DNA of 64,000 nucleotides from NCBI GenBank assembly GCA_036262035.1, contig DATAJS010000005.1:100110-164109 (forward strand), in the 5' to 3' direction. The stretch comes from Burkholderiales bacterium. GTDB taxonomy: Bacteria > Pseudomonadota > Gammaproteobacteria > Burkholderiales > SG8-41. Position 1 is the stretch's first letter. The number at the start of each line of letters is the position of its first letter. The notes beneath the pieces are model-generated. The model was not told where the DNA came from, made no database searches, and saw only the letters and a program-made list of their open reading frames with translations. The position numbers and the translations under genes are program-made. This document shows, piece after piece, positions 10,340-20,816 of this stretch.

Positions 10340-12814
10340 TTATAGGTCCCTCAGCACTTTCAATCCTGCGACCCCGAGAGCGAACTGGTAGAAAATCTGC
10401 GACCAGTCCTTCAGCTCGCGCGTGAGCTGGAACCGGTCGAGATTCTCCGGCACGACGATCGTGTCCCCTGGCATGACTTCGGAGTCGCTGGACAACCGGA
10501 ACACGGAGCCCTGCGCCTTGCTGGTGACCGAGCCGTCTGCGCGCAGGACGTAGATCCTGTCCGAATCGGCGGTGCGTGTGGCGCCGCCAGCCTGCAGCAG
10601 ATATTCCGAGACTCTCTTGCTGCCGTCGTAGATGAAGGTGTTCTGGTTGAATACCGCACCGATCACGCCAACCGTTGACGGCTTCGACGGGACAACATAG
10701 CGGTCGCCGTCTTCCAGCGCGATGTCCGGAAGATCTTTGAGCTGCGCGGTAGGCGCGACGTCGAGAACGACGCGGCCCGAGGCCTGTATGTTGCGCATGC
10801 GCTCGAGCAGCCTGCGGTTGCTGTCTGCCTGCGTCTGCGCCCGCCCCGCATCGAGGGGATCGACGGCACGCTGGGCTTGTAGAGTTGCCGTCCGTTCGAT
10901 TTCCTGTCCGAATCGGTCGAGCGCTTCCTGCAGTCTCGCCTGCTGCTGAGCCCGCACGCTCTCCCGCGTGAATTGCGAGCCATACACGTAAGCGTTGCGA
11001 CTGAAGCCCCCAACGCGCGTGACGAGTTGTCGAAGCGTCTCGCCGGGCAGCACCTGATAGACGCCGGGCGTCAGGAACTCGCCTTCGAGCCGCACGAACT
11101 TGGTCTGCTTCGCAACGGGGACCTGAATGTCGTCCTTGGAGAAGATGGTAACGACGTCGCCCGGCTGCAGCGCGAGGTTGTTCTGCGCGTCGCGGTCGAG
11201 TACCGCTTTGGCGAGATTGAACGGGATGAGTTGCGTCGTGAGATCCTGCCGGTTCAGGCGCTCGATCACCGCGTATTCCCAGTTGACTTCCGGCAACTGC
11301 TGGCGAATCTCGTTGCGGACCTGCTGGGTACGGCGCGCCGCCGCCTCGATGCCGGTCTGCGGATCGCGCTCGTGTGGCGCGGCGTCAGCGCGCCTCGCCT
11401 CCGCGGAGATGCCCGAGCGCAGATCGGTTGCGAGCTCCGGCCGCAGGCCGTAGCTTTCGCGGCCCGTCACGTCGGGCCGGACGGCGAGGTTACGCTTCAC
11501 CCAGTAGTCGGGAACGATCAGCGCTTCGCGGTCGGGGACGACATCGCTCACGCGCATGCCGGCGCGGTACGGGTGCCGCGCGGGCACCGCGACGTTGCCC
11601 CGCACCGTCACCGTGTTGTCGAAGCGTGGCGAGAGCTGCAGCACGGTCACGAGGTCGCCGTCGCGCAACGGATGCGCGAGGCCGGCGTTGTCGAGCGTGA
11701 ACTCCTCGACCCGACGCGCGCGGCGCTCGACGATGCGCTCGACGGTGACTTTCTGGCCGTCGGCGGTCGTCGTGAGTCCGCCCGCGACCTGGATGAGCTC
11801 CGCGAGCGTCTTCTCGTTCTTGATCTCGTAGATGGCGGGGTTGTTGACGCTGCCCGACACGGCCGCGAGAGGTCCGATCGGCGGAATGTGGATGACGTCG
11901 CCGGGCAGCAGCTGGACGTCCTTGGACTTGTCGCCCTTGAGCAGCAGGTCGTACATGTCGAACTGCGTGACCAGCTTGTCGCGGCGCTTCAACTGGATGC
12001 TGCGCATCGAGCCCTTAGAAGTCGGGCCGCCGGACGCGAAGATGGCGTTGACGAGCGTACTGAGCGAGCTCACGGTGTACGCGCCGGGCCGCGTAGCATG
12101 GCCGACGACGAAGATTTGTATCGAGCGCAGCTGTCCCAGGGAGACGTTGAGGTCGAAGTTGCGGAACACCCGGCCGATCTGCTGCTTGAGGTACGGCTGG
12201 ATGTCGTGCGCGCGCATGCCGGCGACATTCATCGTGCCCACGCGCGGGATGCTGATCGTGCCGTCGCGCTCGACGGTCGCACGATAGTCGATGTCCACCG
12301 CACCCCACCCGCGGATGAGTAGCTCGTCGCCGGGACCGATGACGTAATCGGGCGTAACCGGCACGCCTTCGAGCGGCGCGAACGTCGAAGGCACACCGTC
12401 GAACAGGTTGTAGCCGAACATCGGCAGGTCCTTGCCGACCGACTGCAACACGAAATCCTGGAAGTCGTTGCGTTCGCGCGGCGGGCGCGCCACGTCGGTC
12501 GGCTCGCGCGAGCCCGTTTGTGCGCCAGGGCGTATCTGCGGCTGTCGCGCGCCTCGCGCGGTGCCGGAAGGCGGTCGATTCGTGATGACAGGTAGCGACG
12601 AGCTGTCGACGGCGCCTGCGGACGCCCCGGTGCTCGCGCCGGCTGTCCCCGGTGTTGCGAGCTGCGCGGCGTCGCATGGTTGCCCCATCGCATTCAGCCC
12701 GTTGGGGCCGCACAGGAGCTGCGCGTGCGCAACTGAAACGGCACAAAGCGCGAATACGATCGCGAGGCGCAAAAGCTGAATCAGAGACGTCATGTCCGAT
12801 CGGGTGCGTGCCAC
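10340..12814 (-). CDS. Polysaccharide export protein, KpsD/Wza family with multiple SLBB domains
   Basis: 824-aa ORF. The signal peptide ends in AHA-Q with no good lipobox. It contains a Poly_export-like core (YVIGPGDELLIRGWG...DGTISIPRVG) and repeated SLBB-like segments (LLPGDVIHIP, LQPGDVVTIF, VMPGDTIVVP). The start is ambiguous: GTG 12814 or ATG 12793 (MTSLIQLL). Confidence 0.8.
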   Translation of the reverse strand: MARTRSDMTSLIQLLRLAIVFALCAVSVAHAQLLCGPNGLNAMGQPCDAAQLATPGTAGASTGASAGAVDSSSLPVITNRPPSGTARGARQPQIRPGAQTGSREPTDVARPPRERNDFQDFVLQSVGKDLPMFGYNLFDGVPSTFAPLEGVPVTPDYVIGPGDELLIRGWGAVDIDYRATVERDGTISIPRVGTMNVAGMRAHDIQPYLKQQIGRVFRNFDLNVSLGQLRSIQIFVVGHATRPGAYTVSSLSTLVNAIFASGGPTSKGSMRSIQLKRRDKLVTQFDMYDLLLKGDKSKDVQLLPGDVIHIPPIGPLAAVSGSVNNPAIYEIKNEKTLAELIQVAGGLTTTADGQKVTVERIVERRARRVEEFTLDNAGLAHPLRDGDLVTVLQLSPRFDNTVTVRGNVAVPARHPYRAGMRVSDVVPDREALIVPDYWVKRNLAVRPDVTGRESYGLRPELATDLRSGISAEARRADAAPHERDPQTGIEAAARRTQQVRNEIRQQLPEVNWEYAVIERLNRQDLTTQLIPFNLAKAVLDRDAQNNLALQPGDVVTIFSKDDIQVPVAKQTKFVRLEGEFLTPGVYQVLPGETLRQLVTRVGGFSRNAYVYGSQFTRESVRAQQQARLQEALDRFGQEIERTATLQAQRAVDPLDAGRAQTQADSNRRLLERMRNIQASGRVVLDVAPTAQLKDLPDIALEDGDRYVVPSKPSTVGVIGAVFNQNTFIYDGSKRVSEYLLQAGGATRTADSDRIYVLRADGSVTSKAQGSVFRLSSDSEVMPGDTIVVPENLDRFQLTRELKDWSQIFYQFALGVAGLKVLRDL

Positions 12815-12908
12815 AGGGGATGCGAGCTTTGCCGGGTATGCAAGAGGCTACCCGCTGATATACGGCGGATTATATACGGCGCCCCATCAAAAGGCGCGTC
12901 GGTCGCTC

Positions 12909-13637
12909 TCAGGCAGCGGCGCCGACGGGTTGTTGCGCGGCCGCGTACTGCATCCACAGGCACGCGCCGCGGCTCGCCTTGTCGAGATCTCCGAGGTAAG
13001 CCAGGTGGCGTTGTTCCTCGTCCTCGTTCGCCTTGAGCACCGTCAGCCCACCCGCGAGCGGCAGCGACGTGACCGCGGTGACCTTGATCTCGACAGTGTC
13101 CACGTCGATGACCAGGCTTTCCTGGCCCCGCGTCATCGCGAGATAGACCTCGGCGAGCAGCCGCGCGTCGAGCAACGCGCCGTGCAGCGAGCGCGCGGAG
13201 CGGTCGATCTCGTAGCGGTCGCACAGCGCGTCGAGACCGTTGCGCTTGCCCGGGTACATGTCCTTGGCGAGCCTCAGGCTGTCGACGACGCTCGGGCAGC
13301 ACGAGGCGATGGGCTGGCGGCCGAGCAGCTTCAGCTCGTAATCGAGGAAGGCGACGTCGAATGCCGCGTTGTGGATCACGAGCTCCGCGCCGCCCGCGAA
13401 CTCGAGAAACTCCTCGACGATCTCGCGGAATTTCGGCTTGTCGCTCAGGAATTCGGTCGTGAGGCCGTGAATCTGCAGCGCCGCGTCGTCGCTCGCGCGC
13501 TCGGGATTGACGTAGCGATGGAAATGGTTGCCGGTGAGGCGCCGGTTGTGGATCTCGACGCCGGCGATCTCGATGATGCGGTGGCCCTGCGTGGGATCGA
13601 GGCCCGTGGTCTCGGTATCGAGGATGATCTGCCGCAT
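12909..13637 (-). CDS. dnaQ: DNA polymerase III epsilon subunit (3'-5' proofreading exonuclease)
   Basis: It carries Exo I ILDTETTGL, Exo II HNAAFDVAFL and Exo III HGALLDARLLAEVY. I prefer ATG 13637 (MRQIILDTETTG) over the ORF-track start at 13736. Confidence 0.9.
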   Translation of the reverse strand: MRQIILDTETTGLDPTQGHRIIEIAGVEIHNRRLTGNHFHRYVNPERASDDAALQIHGLTTEFLSDKPKFREIVEEFLEFAGGAELVIHNAAFDVAFLDYELKLLGRQPIASCCPSVVDSLRLAKDMYPGKRNGLDALCDRYEIDRSARSLHGALLDARLLAEVYLAMTRGQESLVIDVDTVEIKVTAVTSLPLAGGLTVLKANEDEEQRHLAYLGDLDKASRGACLWMQYAAAQQPVGAAA

Positions 13638-13747
13638 TCTTGTTGGTTCTCCGCTGTTGCCGCCACAGCACGAATTCTGCCACGCGCGGCGCGCTTTGAG
13701 CGCTTCGCGGATAGAATGGACGCGATCCGTCGCCAATCCGCCGAAGC

Positions 13748-14809
13748 ATGAGCTTCGATCTGCAGAGCGCCTACCACGCGCTGACCTATCTCGCCTATCA
13801 CCTCACCAAAGCGGTGACGGCGTTCATCCAGCGCGATTCCTTCCTCTACTGGCCGTTCGCGCTGTCGGCGCTGCTGATCGCGATCGCCGTGGCATACGCC
13901 GCGCATCGCGCACGGCCCGCAGGATCGTTCGCGTCGAGGCTACGCGCGAGTCTCAGCCGCGAGCTCTGGTGGAATGCCTCCGCGCGCGCGGACTACCGGC
14001 TCTACTTCGCCAACGCGCTGCTGCTGCCGGTCGTGTTCGGGATGGTCCTCTTCAGCGAGAAGCAGGTCGTGCGCTGGCTCGACGCGATCACGGGCGGCGC
14101 CACCGACGTCGCGGCGGCGGCGGACGCGAGCATCGCGTCGCGTGTCGCGTTCACGATCGTCTTTTTCCTCGCCTACGACTTCGGGCGCTTCGTCGCGCAC
14201 ACGCTGCTGCACGACGTGCCGCTGCTGTGGGAGTTCCACAAGGTGCACCACTCCGCGGAGACGCTCAATCCGATGACGACCTTCCGCGCGCACCCGGTCG
14301 ATCTCGCGGTGATGGCGTGGGTGCCGGTGCTGATGACCGGGCTCGCGACGTGGACTTTCAACAAGCTGGCGGCGCCGGTGAGCCTGTACACCTTCCTCGG
14401 CCTGCACGTGCTCGTCTTCGCGTTCAACCTCATCGGCATACTGAGGCACTCGCACGTGTGGCTGCATTACGGGCCGTCATGGGGCAAGTGGCTGATCAGC
14501 CCCGCTCACCATCAGCTCCACCACAGTCGCGAGCCCGAGCACGCCGGCGGCGTGAACCGCGGCTTCGAGCTGGCGGTGTGGGACCGGCTCTACGGCACGC
14601 TGTGCGTGCCGGGCAGGAAGACCGAATTCAGGATGGGACTGGGCGACGGCACCGACGGGCAGTGGCACAACGTGCGCAGGATGTACGTGCTGCCTTTCAC
14701 CCTCGCCGAACAGCGGATCGGCAATACATGGCGGCGCCTGACCGGCCGCGCGCCCGCCGCTCCCGCTGAGACGTTCAGCGCGGACGCGCCGAAGCAGCCC
14801 CGAGGTTAG
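13748..14809 (+). CDS. Fatty acid hydroxylase / sterol desaturase superfamily membrane di-iron protein
   Basis: 353 aa, multi-TM, with the histidine boxes HTLLHD, HKVHHS and HHQLHHS. Its 3' end overlaps the rnhA 3' end by 35 nt (convergent). Confidence 0.8.
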   Translation: MSFDLQSAYHALTYLAYHLTKAVTAFIQRDSFLYWPFALSALLIAIAVAYAAHRARPAGSFASRLRASLSRELWWNASARADYRLYFANALLLPVVFGMVLFSEKQVVRWLDAITGGATDVAAAADASIASRVAFTIVFFLAYDFGRFVAHTLLHDVPLLWEFHKVHHSAETLNPMTTFRAHPVDLAVMAWVPVLMTGLATWTFNKLAAPVSLYTFLGLHVLVFAFNLIGILRHSHVWLHYGPSWGKWLISPAHHQLHHSREPEHAGGVNRGFELAVWDRLYGTLCVPGRKTEFRMGLGDGTDGQWHNVRRMYVLPFTLAEQRIGNTWRRLTGRAPAAPAETFSADAPKQPRG

Positions 14810-15236
14810 CGAGCGCGTCGGCGCGCTCGTTGCCGGCATCGCCGGCGTGGCCTTTGACCCACACCCACTCGACCTCGTGCTGTCGTGCGAGCTCGTCGAG
14901 CTCGCGCCAGAGCTCGGCGTTCTTGACCGGTTTCTTGTCGGCGGTCTTCCAGCCGTTCTTCTTCCAGCCGTGGATCCACTTGCTGATGCCGAGCTGCACG
15001 TACTGCGAGTCGGTGTGCACGCGCGCGCGGCACGGCCGCTTCAGCGCTTCGAGCGCGCGGATGACCGCCGTCAGCTCCATGCGGTTGTTGGTGGTGTTCG
15101 CCTCGCCGCCGTGAAGCTCGCGGGTGTGCTCGCCGCTCGTGAGGATCGCGCCCCAGCCGCCGATGCCGGGATTGCCTTTGCACGCGCCGTCGGCGTAGAT
15201 CTCGACGACGCAGTCGGCGTTATCGACCTCCGTCAC
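14775..15236 (-). CDS. rnhA: Ribonuclease HI
   Basis: This is the C-terminal 153 codons of the 407-aa track ORF: [60 protein letters not shown]. The GTG start at 15236 forms a GTGA overlap with the upstream stop. Confidence 0.9.
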   Translation of the reverse strand: MTEVDNADCVVEIYADGACKGNPGIGGWGAILTSGEHTRELHGGEANTTNNRMELTAVIRALEALKRPCRARVHTDSQYVQLGISKWIHGWKKNGWKTADKKPVKNAELWRELDELARQHEVEWVWVKGHAGDAGNERADALANLGAASARPR

Positions 15237-16576
15237 GCTTTCACGACGTTGGCCGCCGGCTCCTGGTAGACCCCGCGCGTGTCGACGATGAGCTTCGCGT
15301 GCTTCTTGATGAGCGCGTAATCGAACAGATCGTGGTTCGTGCCGACGACGACGCAGTCGTATTGCGCGAGCGATTCCGCCGTGAGCTTGACGCTCGACAG
15401 GTCGAAGTAGTGCTCGCGCATGCGCGGGAAGACCGGGATGTGCGGATCGGAGTACGCGATCTTCGCGCCCTTCTCCTGCAGCAGCTCCATGAGCTCGATG
15501 CACGGCGACTCGCGGGGGTCGTCGACGTTCTTCTTGTACGCGACGCCGAGCACGAGGATGCGGCTGCCGCGCAGCGCCTTGCCGCGGTCGTTGAGCGCGT
15601 CGGCGACCTTGGAGATCACCCACTTCGGCATGGCGCTGTTGATCTCGCCCGCGAGCTCGATGAAACGCGTGTGCATGCCGTACTCGCGCGCTTTCCACGT
15701 GAGATAGAACGGATCGATGGGAATGCAGTGGCCGCCCAGCCCGGGACCGGGGTAGTACGGCACGAAGCCGAACGGCTTGGTGGCCGCCGCCCGGATGACC
15801 TCGTAGACGTCGATGCCCATCTTCTCGCAGATGATCTTCATCTCGTTGACGAGGCCGATGTTGACCGCGCGGTGGATGTTCTCGAGCAGCTTGGTCATCT
15901 CCGCTGCCTGGGTCGAGCTCACCGGCACCACGCGCTCGATCGCCTGCCCGTACAGCGCGAGACCGACCTCGAGGCACGCGGGGGTCGTGCCGCCGCACAC
16001 CTTCGGGATGGTCTTGGTCTCGTAATCGGGGTTGGAAGGATCTTCGCGCTCGGGCGAGAACACCAGGAAGACGTCGGATCCGACCTTGAGCCCGCGCGCC
16101 TCGATGCGGGGACGCAGCTCCTCCTCGGTCGTTCCCGGATACGTCGTGCTCTCCAGCGACACCACCTGGCCGGCGCGCAGATGGGGGACGATCGCTTCGG
16201 TCGTGTCGACGACGAACGACAGATCGGGCTCGCGAAACTTGTTGAGCGGCGTGGGCACGCAGATGATCAGCGCGTCGACCTCGGAGCAGCGCGAGAAATC
16301 GGTCGTCGCCTCGAAGCCCTGCTCGAGCGCACGCCCGATCACGTCCCCGGTGATGCGCTCGATATAGCTTTCCCCCTTGCTCAGGCGGACGACCTTGCGC
16401 TCGTCGATGTCGAAACCGGTGACGCGGTAACCGAGCTCGGCGAAGCGCAAGGTGAGCGGCAGGCCGACGTAGCCGAGGCCGATGATGCCGATGCGCGCGG
16501 TACGGTCGTTGAGCTTCGCGACGAGCGCGTCCTTGCCGGATGCGGCAGCGCGCATCGAGGCTGATTCAGGTGCCAT
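15233..16576 (-). CDS. Nucleotide-sugar 6-dehydrogenase (UDP-N-acetyl-hexosamine dehydrogenase type, WbpA/TviB-like)
   Basis: 447 aa with [14 protein letters not shown] (NAD binding), CVPTPL and [12 protein letters not shown] (catalytic Cys context). An AAGGA Shine-Dalgarno precedes the ATG. Confidence 0.85.
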   Translation of the reverse strand: MAPESASMRAAASGKDALVAKLNDRTARIGIIGLGYVGLPLTLRFAELGYRVTGFDIDERKVVRLSKGESYIERITGDVIGRALEQGFEATTDFSRCSEVDALIICVPTPLNKFREPDLSFVVDTTEAIVPHLRAGQVVSLESTTYPGTTEEELRPRIEARGLKVGSDVFLVFSPEREDPSNPDYETKTIPKVCGGTTPACLEVGLALYGQAIERVVPVSSTQAAEMTKLLENIHRAVNIGLVNEMKIICEKMGIDVYEVIRAAATKPFGFVPYYPGPGLGGHCIPIDPFYLTWKAREYGMHTRFIELAGEINSAMPKWVISKVADALNDRGKALRGSRILVLGVAYKKNVDDPRESPCIELMELLQEKGAKIAYSDPHIPVFPRMREHYFDLSSVKLTAESLAQYDCVVVGTNHDLFDYALIKKHAKLIVDTRGVYQEPAANVVKA

Positions 16577-16622
16577 CTAAATCCTTGGAGAGTTTGAAGA
16601 GTGATCGGTCGGACGAGGAATA

Positions 16623-17381
16623 TCACGGATCGCGTGTTTTGACGGTAAGCACTTCTTCCTCATCTCCCACGCGTTGCGGGGAGGCGGCGAGCGCTTTGGC
16701 CGGCGCAAGACGATCGCTCCATTTTGGCATAATGAGGCGCACCCCGCGCACCTTCTTGATTGCTTGGAGGAAATAGACCCCTCCCGCGAACGGTAACCAG
16801 CGGTCACCGGCGGCCTCCACGAAGCGGAAGCGCTCCAGCCATTTCTGCTGCCGCGCGGGCGGCGCGTAACACGACATCTGCCCGCCCACGATCTCGAAGC
16901 CCAGCAGCGCGAGCCAGTCCTTCACGCGCATGAGCGGGATGAAGCGCCCGCGCCACGGATACTGTCCGCCGCGGTGGAAAGCGCGGCGCCAGCCCCACAG
17001 GCTCCACGGATTGAAACCCGACAGCACGACCTGCCCTTCCGGCATCAATACTCGCTCGACTTCGCGCAGGATCTGGTGCGGGTGCTCCGCGAACTCGAGC
17101 ACGTGCGGCACGATCACGAGGTCGGCGCTGCCGCTCGCGATCGGAAGGTCGCGAAAATCGGTGAAGAGATCCGCGCGTCCGCTCGCCGCCACCCGGCAGC
17201 GCAGCGGTATGCGGCTGCCGCGCAACAGATCGAGCTCGGGCATGCCGAGCTGGAAAGCGTTGTAGCCGAAGATATCGGCGACGGCCTCGTCGAAATACTT
17301 CTGCTCGCGCTCGAACAGATGCTGCCCCAGAGGGGTCGCGATCCACTCGGCGACGCCGTTCGGTGCGCCCACGTCTGACAT
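16623..17381 (-). CDS. Class I SAM-dependent methyltransferase, YafS-like
   Basis: 252 aa with SADLVIVPHVLEFAEHPHQILREVERVLMPEG (Methyltransf_11-like). It is divergent from gloB, the same neighbourhood as E. coli yafS (from memory). Confidence 0.75.
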   Translation of the reverse strand: MSDVGAPNGVAEWIATPLGQHLFEREQKYFDEAVADIFGYNAFQLGMPELDLLRGSRIPLRCRVAASGRADLFTDFRDLPIASGSADLVIVPHVLEFAEHPHQILREVERVLMPEGQVVLSGFNPWSLWGWRRAFHRGGQYPWRGRFIPLMRVKDWLALLGFEIVGGQMSCYAPPARQQKWLERFRFVEAAGDRWLPFAGGVYFLQAIKKVRGVRLIMPKWSDRLAPAKALAASPQRVGDEEEVLTVKTRDP

Positions 17382-17424
17382 GGCGCAAGTTTAGAATGGC
17401 CGGGGAAAAAGAACGAGGACGACG

Positions 17425-18195
17425 ATGAGCCGATACGACGTGATACCGGTGCGGGCCTTCAACGACAACTACGTGTGGACGGTGCGCGATGCGACCCACG
17501 CCATCGTCGTCGATCCGGGCGACGCGGCGCCGGTCATCGAATACCTCGACCGCGAGGGGCTCACCCTCGCCGCCATCCTCAACACCCACCATCACGCCGA
17601 CCACGTCGGCGGCAACGCGAAGCTGCTGGCGCGCTGGAAAGTGCCGGTCTTCGGACCGCGCGACGAGCGCATCGCCGAGGTCACGAACCGCGTCGGCGAC
17701 GGCGACCGTGTACGCCTGCCGCATTTCGGCATCGAGCTCGACGTGCTCGAGATACCCGGCCACACCCGGAGTCACATCGCGTTCACGGGCGACGGGCTGC
17801 TGTTCTGCGGCGATACCCTGTTCGCCGCCGGCTGCGGGCGTCTCTTCGAAGGCACGCCGGCACAGATGCACACGTCGCTTTCGCGCCTCGCCGCGCTCCC
17901 CGACTCGACGCGCGTCTATTGCGGTCACGAGTACACGCTCGCCAACATCCGCTTCGCCAGGGCGGTCGAGCCGGGCAATGCGGCCCTCGCCGACTTCGAA
18001 GCGCGGGCGACGCGCCAGCGCGAGCGCGGCGAGCCGACCCTCCCGACCGAGATCGGACAGGAAAAGGCGACCAATCCGTTCATCCGTGTGACCGAATCCG
18101 CAGTGGCCGAGGCGGCGAGCCGCTATAAAGGCGCGCCGGTGCGCGATCCGGTGGAGGTCCTCGCCGCGATCCGCGAGTGGAAAAACAAGTTCTAG
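17425..18195 (+). CDS. gloB: Hydroxyacylglutathione hydrolase (glyoxalase II)
   Basis: 256 aa with NDNYVW, the metallo-beta-lactamase motif THHHADHVGG, CGHEYT and TNPF. Confidence 0.9.
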   Translation: MSRYDVIPVRAFNDNYVWTVRDATHAIVVDPGDAAPVIEYLDREGLTLAAILNTHHHADHVGGNAKLLARWKVPVFGPRDERIAEVTNRVGDGDRVRLPHFGIELDVLEIPGHTRSHIAFTGDGLLFCGDTLFAAGCGRLFEGTPAQMHTSLSRLAALPDSTRVYCGHEYTLANIRFARAVEPGNAALADFEARATRQRERGEPTLPTEIGQEKATNPFIRVTESAVAEAASRYKGAPVRDPVEVLAAIREWKNKF

Positions 18196-18343
18196 CGGAC
18201 GGCCCACGGCCCGCGCAGCGCTGAAAACATTGAAAAAAGGCGGGAAACCGCGGCTGCTCCGCGCCTGCCTCAGCCTGCGCCTACCGCACAATTAGCCTTT
18301 TGAAGTCGGGCGCTACTGCCTGATTTTTAAGCAATTTCAACAT

Positions 18344-18373
18344 TTGACTCGAGTCCCGGGCGAAAGTTACCAT
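18344..18373 (+). promoter_or_regulatory. Sigma-70-like promoter candidate for mltD
   Basis: TTGACT (18344-18349), an 18-nt spacer, then TACCAT (18368-18373). It is followed by GGGAGGGGG and ATG 18401. Confidence 0.35.
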
Positions 18374-18400
18374 GCGCTCGTTTGTACGGGAGGGGGCAAG

Positions 18401-19921
18401 ATGCAGGCAAAAACACTACTTCCGGCGGTCGTACTGCTCACCTCCGCCTGTGCTCAGGTGCCGGTCGGCGGTGATACCGCAGCCGGGGAGGCCGCCGCCA
18501 TGCGCGCCGCCGCGTCGCCGCTCTCGCCTCAGCTGCCTGTCGAGGCCATAACCGAAGCGTCCGTTGCCGCCCCCGCGGCGAAGCGCGTACCGTCGCAGAC
18601 CGCAGCGGCGGATGCTGCGGCGGCCGAAGCCGCTGCCGCCGAAGCCGCCGCCCGCGAGCTCGCGGCGAAGAGCCTGTGGACGCGCGTGCGCAACGGCTTC
18701 GCGATGCCGCCTTTCGAGACCGACCTCGTGCGCGACTGGGAGAACTGGTACGCGAGCCGCCCCGACTACGTCGCGCGCATGATCGATCGCAGCAGCCGCA
18801 TCCTCTTTCACGTCGTCGAGCAGGTGGAAAAGCGCGGCATGCCGATGGAAGTCGCCCTCCTGCCGATGATCGAGAGCGCCTACAACCCGGTGGCGTATTC
18901 GAGGTCGCACGCTTCGGGCATCTGGCAGTTCATCCCGTCGACCGGCAGGGACTACGGCCTGCGCCAGAACTGGTGGTACGACGGCCGCCGCGACATCCTC
19001 AAAGCGACCGACGCCGCGCTCGACTACCTGCAGAAGCTCTACGGCATGTTCGGCGACTGGCAGCTCGCGCTCGCCGCCTACAACTGGGGCGAAGGCGCGG
19101 TGGGCCGCGCGATGGAGAAGAACCGCGCCAAAGGCCTGCCGACCGATTACGAAAATCTGACGATGCCGCCCGAGACGCGGGGCTACATTCCCAAGCTGAT
19201 GGCGGTGAAGAACATCATCAGCAACCCGGCGCGCTTCGGGCTCACGATCGCCGACGTGCCGAACGAGCCGTATTTCGAGACGGTCACGGTGAAGCAACAC
19301 ATCGATCTGAAGGTCGCTGCCAAGCTCGCCGAGCTGTCCATCGAGGAATTCAAGTTCCTCAATCCCGGCCACAACAAACCGGTGATCAAGGCGGGCGAAG
19401 CGGAGCGCATCGTGCTGCCCAAGCACAAGGTCGTCACCTTCCTCGCCAATTTCGAGAAGCACGACAAGCCGCTGGTGTCGTGGCAGGCGGTCACCTTCCG
19501 CAAAGGCGACAAGGCCGAGAAGGTCGCCGCCGAGCACGGCATGACGCTGGCGGAGCTGAAGCAGGTCAACGGGCTCGCCAACCAGAAAAGGCTGGTCATC
19601 GGCCAGCCGCTGCTCGTGCCGGTCAAGGGCGGGGTCGAGAACCCGTCGCTGCCCGATCTCCCGGTCAACCCGGTCCCGCTGCAGAAGGCGTTCATCGCGG
19701 CCAAGACCAGCGCGCACTCGCGCAAGCTGCAGCCCGGACACGGCCGCAAGGTGGTCGTCGAGCGCGCCTCGACGCGCGTCGCGCACCGCACGCCGACGCG
19801 GCATGCCGGCAAGCCCGCGCCGCATCTGCGCGCCGAAGCGGGCAAGCGCGTGAAAGTGGTCGCAGCGGCCAAGAAACCCGCCGCCAAGCCCGCGGGCAAA
19901 GTGAAAGTCGCCGCGCGTTAA
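18401..19921 (+). CDS. mltD: Membrane-bound lytic murein transglycosylase D with LysM domains
   Basis: It has a lipoprotein signal [17 protein letters not shown], an SLT catalytic region ([22 protein letters not shown]), LysM-like repeats and a Lys/Ala-rich basic tail. The track start at 18344 is rejected because that TTG coincides with the -35 box. Confidence 0.85.
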   Translation: MQAKTLLPAVVLLTSACAQVPVGGDTAAGEAAAMRAAASPLSPQLPVEAITEASVAAPAAKRVPSQTAAADAAAAEAAAAEAAARELAAKSLWTRVRNGFAMPPFETDLVRDWENWYASRPDYVARMIDRSSRILFHVVEQVEKRGMPMEVALLPMIESAYNPVAYSRSHASGIWQFIPSTGRDYGLRQNWWYDGRRDILKATDAALDYLQKLYGMFGDWQLALAAYNWGEGAVGRAMEKNRAKGLPTDYENLTMPPETRGYIPKLMAVKNIISNPARFGLTIADVPNEPYFETVTVKQHIDLKVAAKLAELSIEEFKFLNPGHNKPVIKAGEAERIVLPKHKVVTFLANFEKHDKPLVSWQAVTFRKGDKAEKVAAEHGMTLAELKQVNGLANQKRLVIGQPLLVPVKGGVENPSLPDLPVNPVPLQKAFIAAKTSAHSRKLQPGHGRKVVVERASTRVAHRTPTRHAGKPAPHLRAEAGKRVKVVAAAKKPAAKPAGKVKVAAR

Positions 19922-19931
19922 ACTCTTTGGC

Positions 19932-20816
19932 GTGACCAGCAGAAAAGGCATCATCCTCGCGGGAGGCTCGGGCACGCGGCTGTATCCCGTCACGGTCGCG
20001 GTCTCCAAGCAGCTGCTCCCGGTGCACGACAAGCCGATGGTGTACTACCCGCTGTGCACGCTCATGCTGGCGGGCATACGCGACATCCTCGTCATCTCCA
20101 CGCCCGACGACACGCCGCGCTTCAGGCAGCTCCTGGGCGACGGCAGCCAGTGGGGGCTCGATCTTTCCTATGCGGTCCAGCCCCGGCCGGAAGGCATCGC
20201 GCAGGCATTCGTCCTCGGTCGCGATTTCGTCGGCGCCGGCAGTTGCGCGCTCATCCTCGGCGACAACGTGCACTACGGCCACGACCTGCCGCGCGACCTG
20301 CGCGCGGCGGTCGGACGCGAGCGCGGCGCGACGATCTTCGCCTACCCGGTGCAGAACCCCGAGGTCTACGGCGTGGTCGAGTTCGATGCCGCGGGCAAGG
20401 TGAAGAGCCTCGAAGAGAAACCTGCCCATCCGAAGTCGCGCTACGCGGTGACGGGGCTTTATTTCTACGATAACCGCGTGCTCGACATCGCGGCAGAACT
20501 GACGCCGTCCGCGCGCGGAGAGCTCGAGATCACCGACGTCAACCGGCGCTATCTCGAAGACGGCGCGCTCGACGTGATCGTGATGGGCCGCGGCCACGCG
20601 TGGCTGGACACCGGCAGCTTCGATTCGCTCATCGAAGCCTCGACCTTCATCGCCACGATCGAGAAGCGCCAAGGGCTCAAAGTGTCGTGCCCCGAGGAGA
20701 TCGCGTGGCGCATGGGCTGGATCGCCGACAGCGATCTCGAACGGCTCGCGCAGCCGCTCGCGCAGAACGCCTACGGCCAGTACCTGCTGTCCATTCTCCG
20801 AGACAAGCTCTTTTAG
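19932..20816 (+). CDS. rfbA: Glucose-1-phosphate thymidylyltransferase
   Basis: 294 aa with [42 protein letters not shown] and YGVVEFD, with full-length RmlA-like colinearity. GTG start. Confidence 0.9.
   Translation: MTSRKGIILAGGSGTRLYPVTVAVSKQLLPVHDKPMVYYPLCTLMLAGIRDILVISTPDDTPRFRQLLGDGSQWGLDLSYAVQPRPEGIAQAFVLGRDFVGAGSCALILGDNVHYGHDLPRDLRAAVGRERGATIFAYPVQNPEVYGVVEFDAAGKVKSLEEKPAHPKSRYAVTGLYFYDNRVLDIAAELTPSARGELEITDVNRRYLEDGALDVIVMGRGHAWLDTGSFDSLIEASTFIATIEKRQGLKVSCPEEIAWRMGWIADSDLERLAQPLAQNAYGQYLLSILRDKLF

Noticed and set aside
15237-15998. The 407-aa ORF (14775..15998) as a large RNase H fusion
   Set aside because: The upstream 254 codons are an alternate frame of the nucleotide-sugar dehydrogenase gene (an Arg-rich translation). 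RNase HI is the normal ~153 aa from GTG 15236.
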